Source: Paraspadella gotoi (lineage: Eukaryota > Animalia > Chaetognatha). Taken from it: 64,000 bases of DNA. Shown piece after piece: positions 62,301-64,000 of the stretch. The notes under the pieces are model-generated. The model was not told where the DNA came from. It saw only the letters and a list, made by a program, of their open reading frames with translations, and made no database searches. How positions within the stretch are numbered: position 1 is the stretch's first letter; each line of letters starts with the position of its first letter. Both the position numbers and the translations under genes were made by a program. The stretch lies in contig CM119268.1 in the NCBI GenBank assembly GCA_051294375.1, forward strand, positions 14,418,060 to 14,482,059. Direction: 5' to 3'.

Positions 62301-64000
62301 TTTTTTAAATTTTTAGAAAACCCGAAAAGCGTAGCTTATTGCATAATGAATGATTGGTCAATTTTATATTGGTTGTACCAATTTCATAAACTTAAATACT
62401 ATCTAAAAAGTAAAAATGAAATTAAAAAAAAATGTTTTACGTTATACGTAAAGATCGAGCGACTTTCTGGTTTCGATGTAAACAAAACAATCACAACTCG
62501 TCTGGAAAAAAGGTTGGGTCCAAATCCAAATTTAGGATTTCAACATTCTTTTTCAGAATCCAGTTCGAACTGTGTTTTCTTTAAAGTTCGCGAGACGCGG
62601 ATATTAAAAAAAGTTTGTTTACGTCTGAAAAAGTTTCGTTTTTCTCAGAAAAAATTACAGGATTATGAGAAACGGAACAAAAAAGGGCTGATGAGAGAGG
62701 ANNNNNNNNNNNNNNNNNNNNNNNNNNNNNNNNNNNNNNNNNNNNNNNNNNNNNNNNNNNNNNNNNNNNNNNNNNNNNNNNNNNNNNNNNNNNNNNNNNN
62801 NNNNNNNNNNNNNNNNNNNNNNNNNNNNNNNNNNNNNNNNNNNNNNNNNNNNNNNNNNNNNNNNNNNNNNNAGCTTGCTGAAACAAGTAGAGAAAGCCCA
62901 GTGAAAAACGTCAGTGAAAAAGTTTTCAAGTTTCTGCTAGACTCTCCAGAGAGCCATTAGCCTCGCTCTTTCTTCCTTTCTCACCTCCACTTTTCCTCAC
63001 TCTATTTTTTTTTCTCCTCTCGGTTACTCGGGTTCTTTTTTTTTTTCTTTTTCCAGTTTTACATACTCGTTTTTTTTATATGCAATTTTTTTAATTTTAA
63101 ATTCACGCGTCATTTGTCATTTGTCATTTGTCCTTCTCGTTCTTTGACATCAATCACCTTGACGGTTTTTTGACACGATGACTTCGTGACGAAATTCTAC
63201 TCACCAATTTTTGAAGAGCAGAGAAATGTAAATTTATTTTGAAACGTGAAACGTAAAACGTGTAAGTCAGTGACATCAAAAAATATGTACAAACAGAAAT
63301 CGAAGATCAAGCCTTTAAAAAAAAATTATTGCGAAGAATTCAAAACGTTTTTCCGCCAGTTATTAGAGTCATTCCAATGTATGAATTGTAAAACCGAATA
63401 AAAAAGTTACATTGCGTATTTTTCAAAAATGATTCCGAGCCTGGATACGGCAAGAGGTGTACATCCTAGATTATGGGTCGGTCCTTTTCTTCATTTCATG
63501 TCTTTTATCTTCATTTTGCTTCGGTCGTCGTCGTTGCAGTTGACGTCGTCATCATTGTTGNNNNNNNNNNTGATTTTTTTTCCTGTTTTTTTTTTCCTTT
63601 TCTTTCCTACACGAAACAGGATGCGTCAAGTTCGTTACGGACGGAGATTATATTAAAAGTGAGGTTTTCTTTTTTACATCATTTCTGTTTCTCGATGGAC
63701 ATATTTCTCCTTGTTTTTCCTTTACTTTGTTTTTCTTTCTTAATTTCTCCTCTCCTTCTCTTTCTACTTCCCTTCTTTTCTTTCTTTTTTGCTTTCCTTC
63801 TTTCCTTCTCTCTCTACTTCCCTTCTTTCCTTTCCTTTCTACTTCCCTTCTTTCCTTTCCTTTCTTCTTCCCTTTTTTCCTTTCCTTTTCACTTTCCTTC
63901 ATTCCTTTCCTTTCTTCTTCCCTCATTTTATCATCATTCTCCTTTACTTGTTTCCTTCCCTCCTTTCTATATTATATATTTCAGTATTTCAGAATTCTCC

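Noticed and set aside
61528-63990. Phe/Leu/Ser-rich 'membrane protein' ORFs and Lys/Glu-rich antisense ORFs
   Set aside because: Polypyrimidine low-complexity DNA (TTTC/CCTT repeats).

Overview
Eukaryotic (probably invertebrate animal) genomic scaffold, mostly non-coding, dense in (AG)n/(TCG)n microsatellites, with many N gaps and long-read-type indel noise. The one firmly identifiable element is a near-intact Ty3/Gypsy LTR retrotransposon on the minus strand (47316-52758). It has CsRn1/Kabuki-clade hallmarks (CHCC Gag knuckle, tRNA-Trp-like PBS), a canonical -1 frameshift signal, an atypical DGG protease motif, and a pol ORF that runs through the PPT and stops inside the 3' LTR. Also present: an 848-bp TTAA-flanked non-autonomous DNA transposon whose empty site is visible in a duplicated copy, several tRNA-derived SINE-like elements, four large direct or inverted duplications (probably haplotype or gap-filling artefacts), and a few candidate host exons that could not be assigned to a known gene. 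Most of the short ORFs in the track are microsatellite read-through. I found no convincing evidence of a wholly new biological system. The best leads are the retroelement's unusual features and the polymorphic TTAA element.
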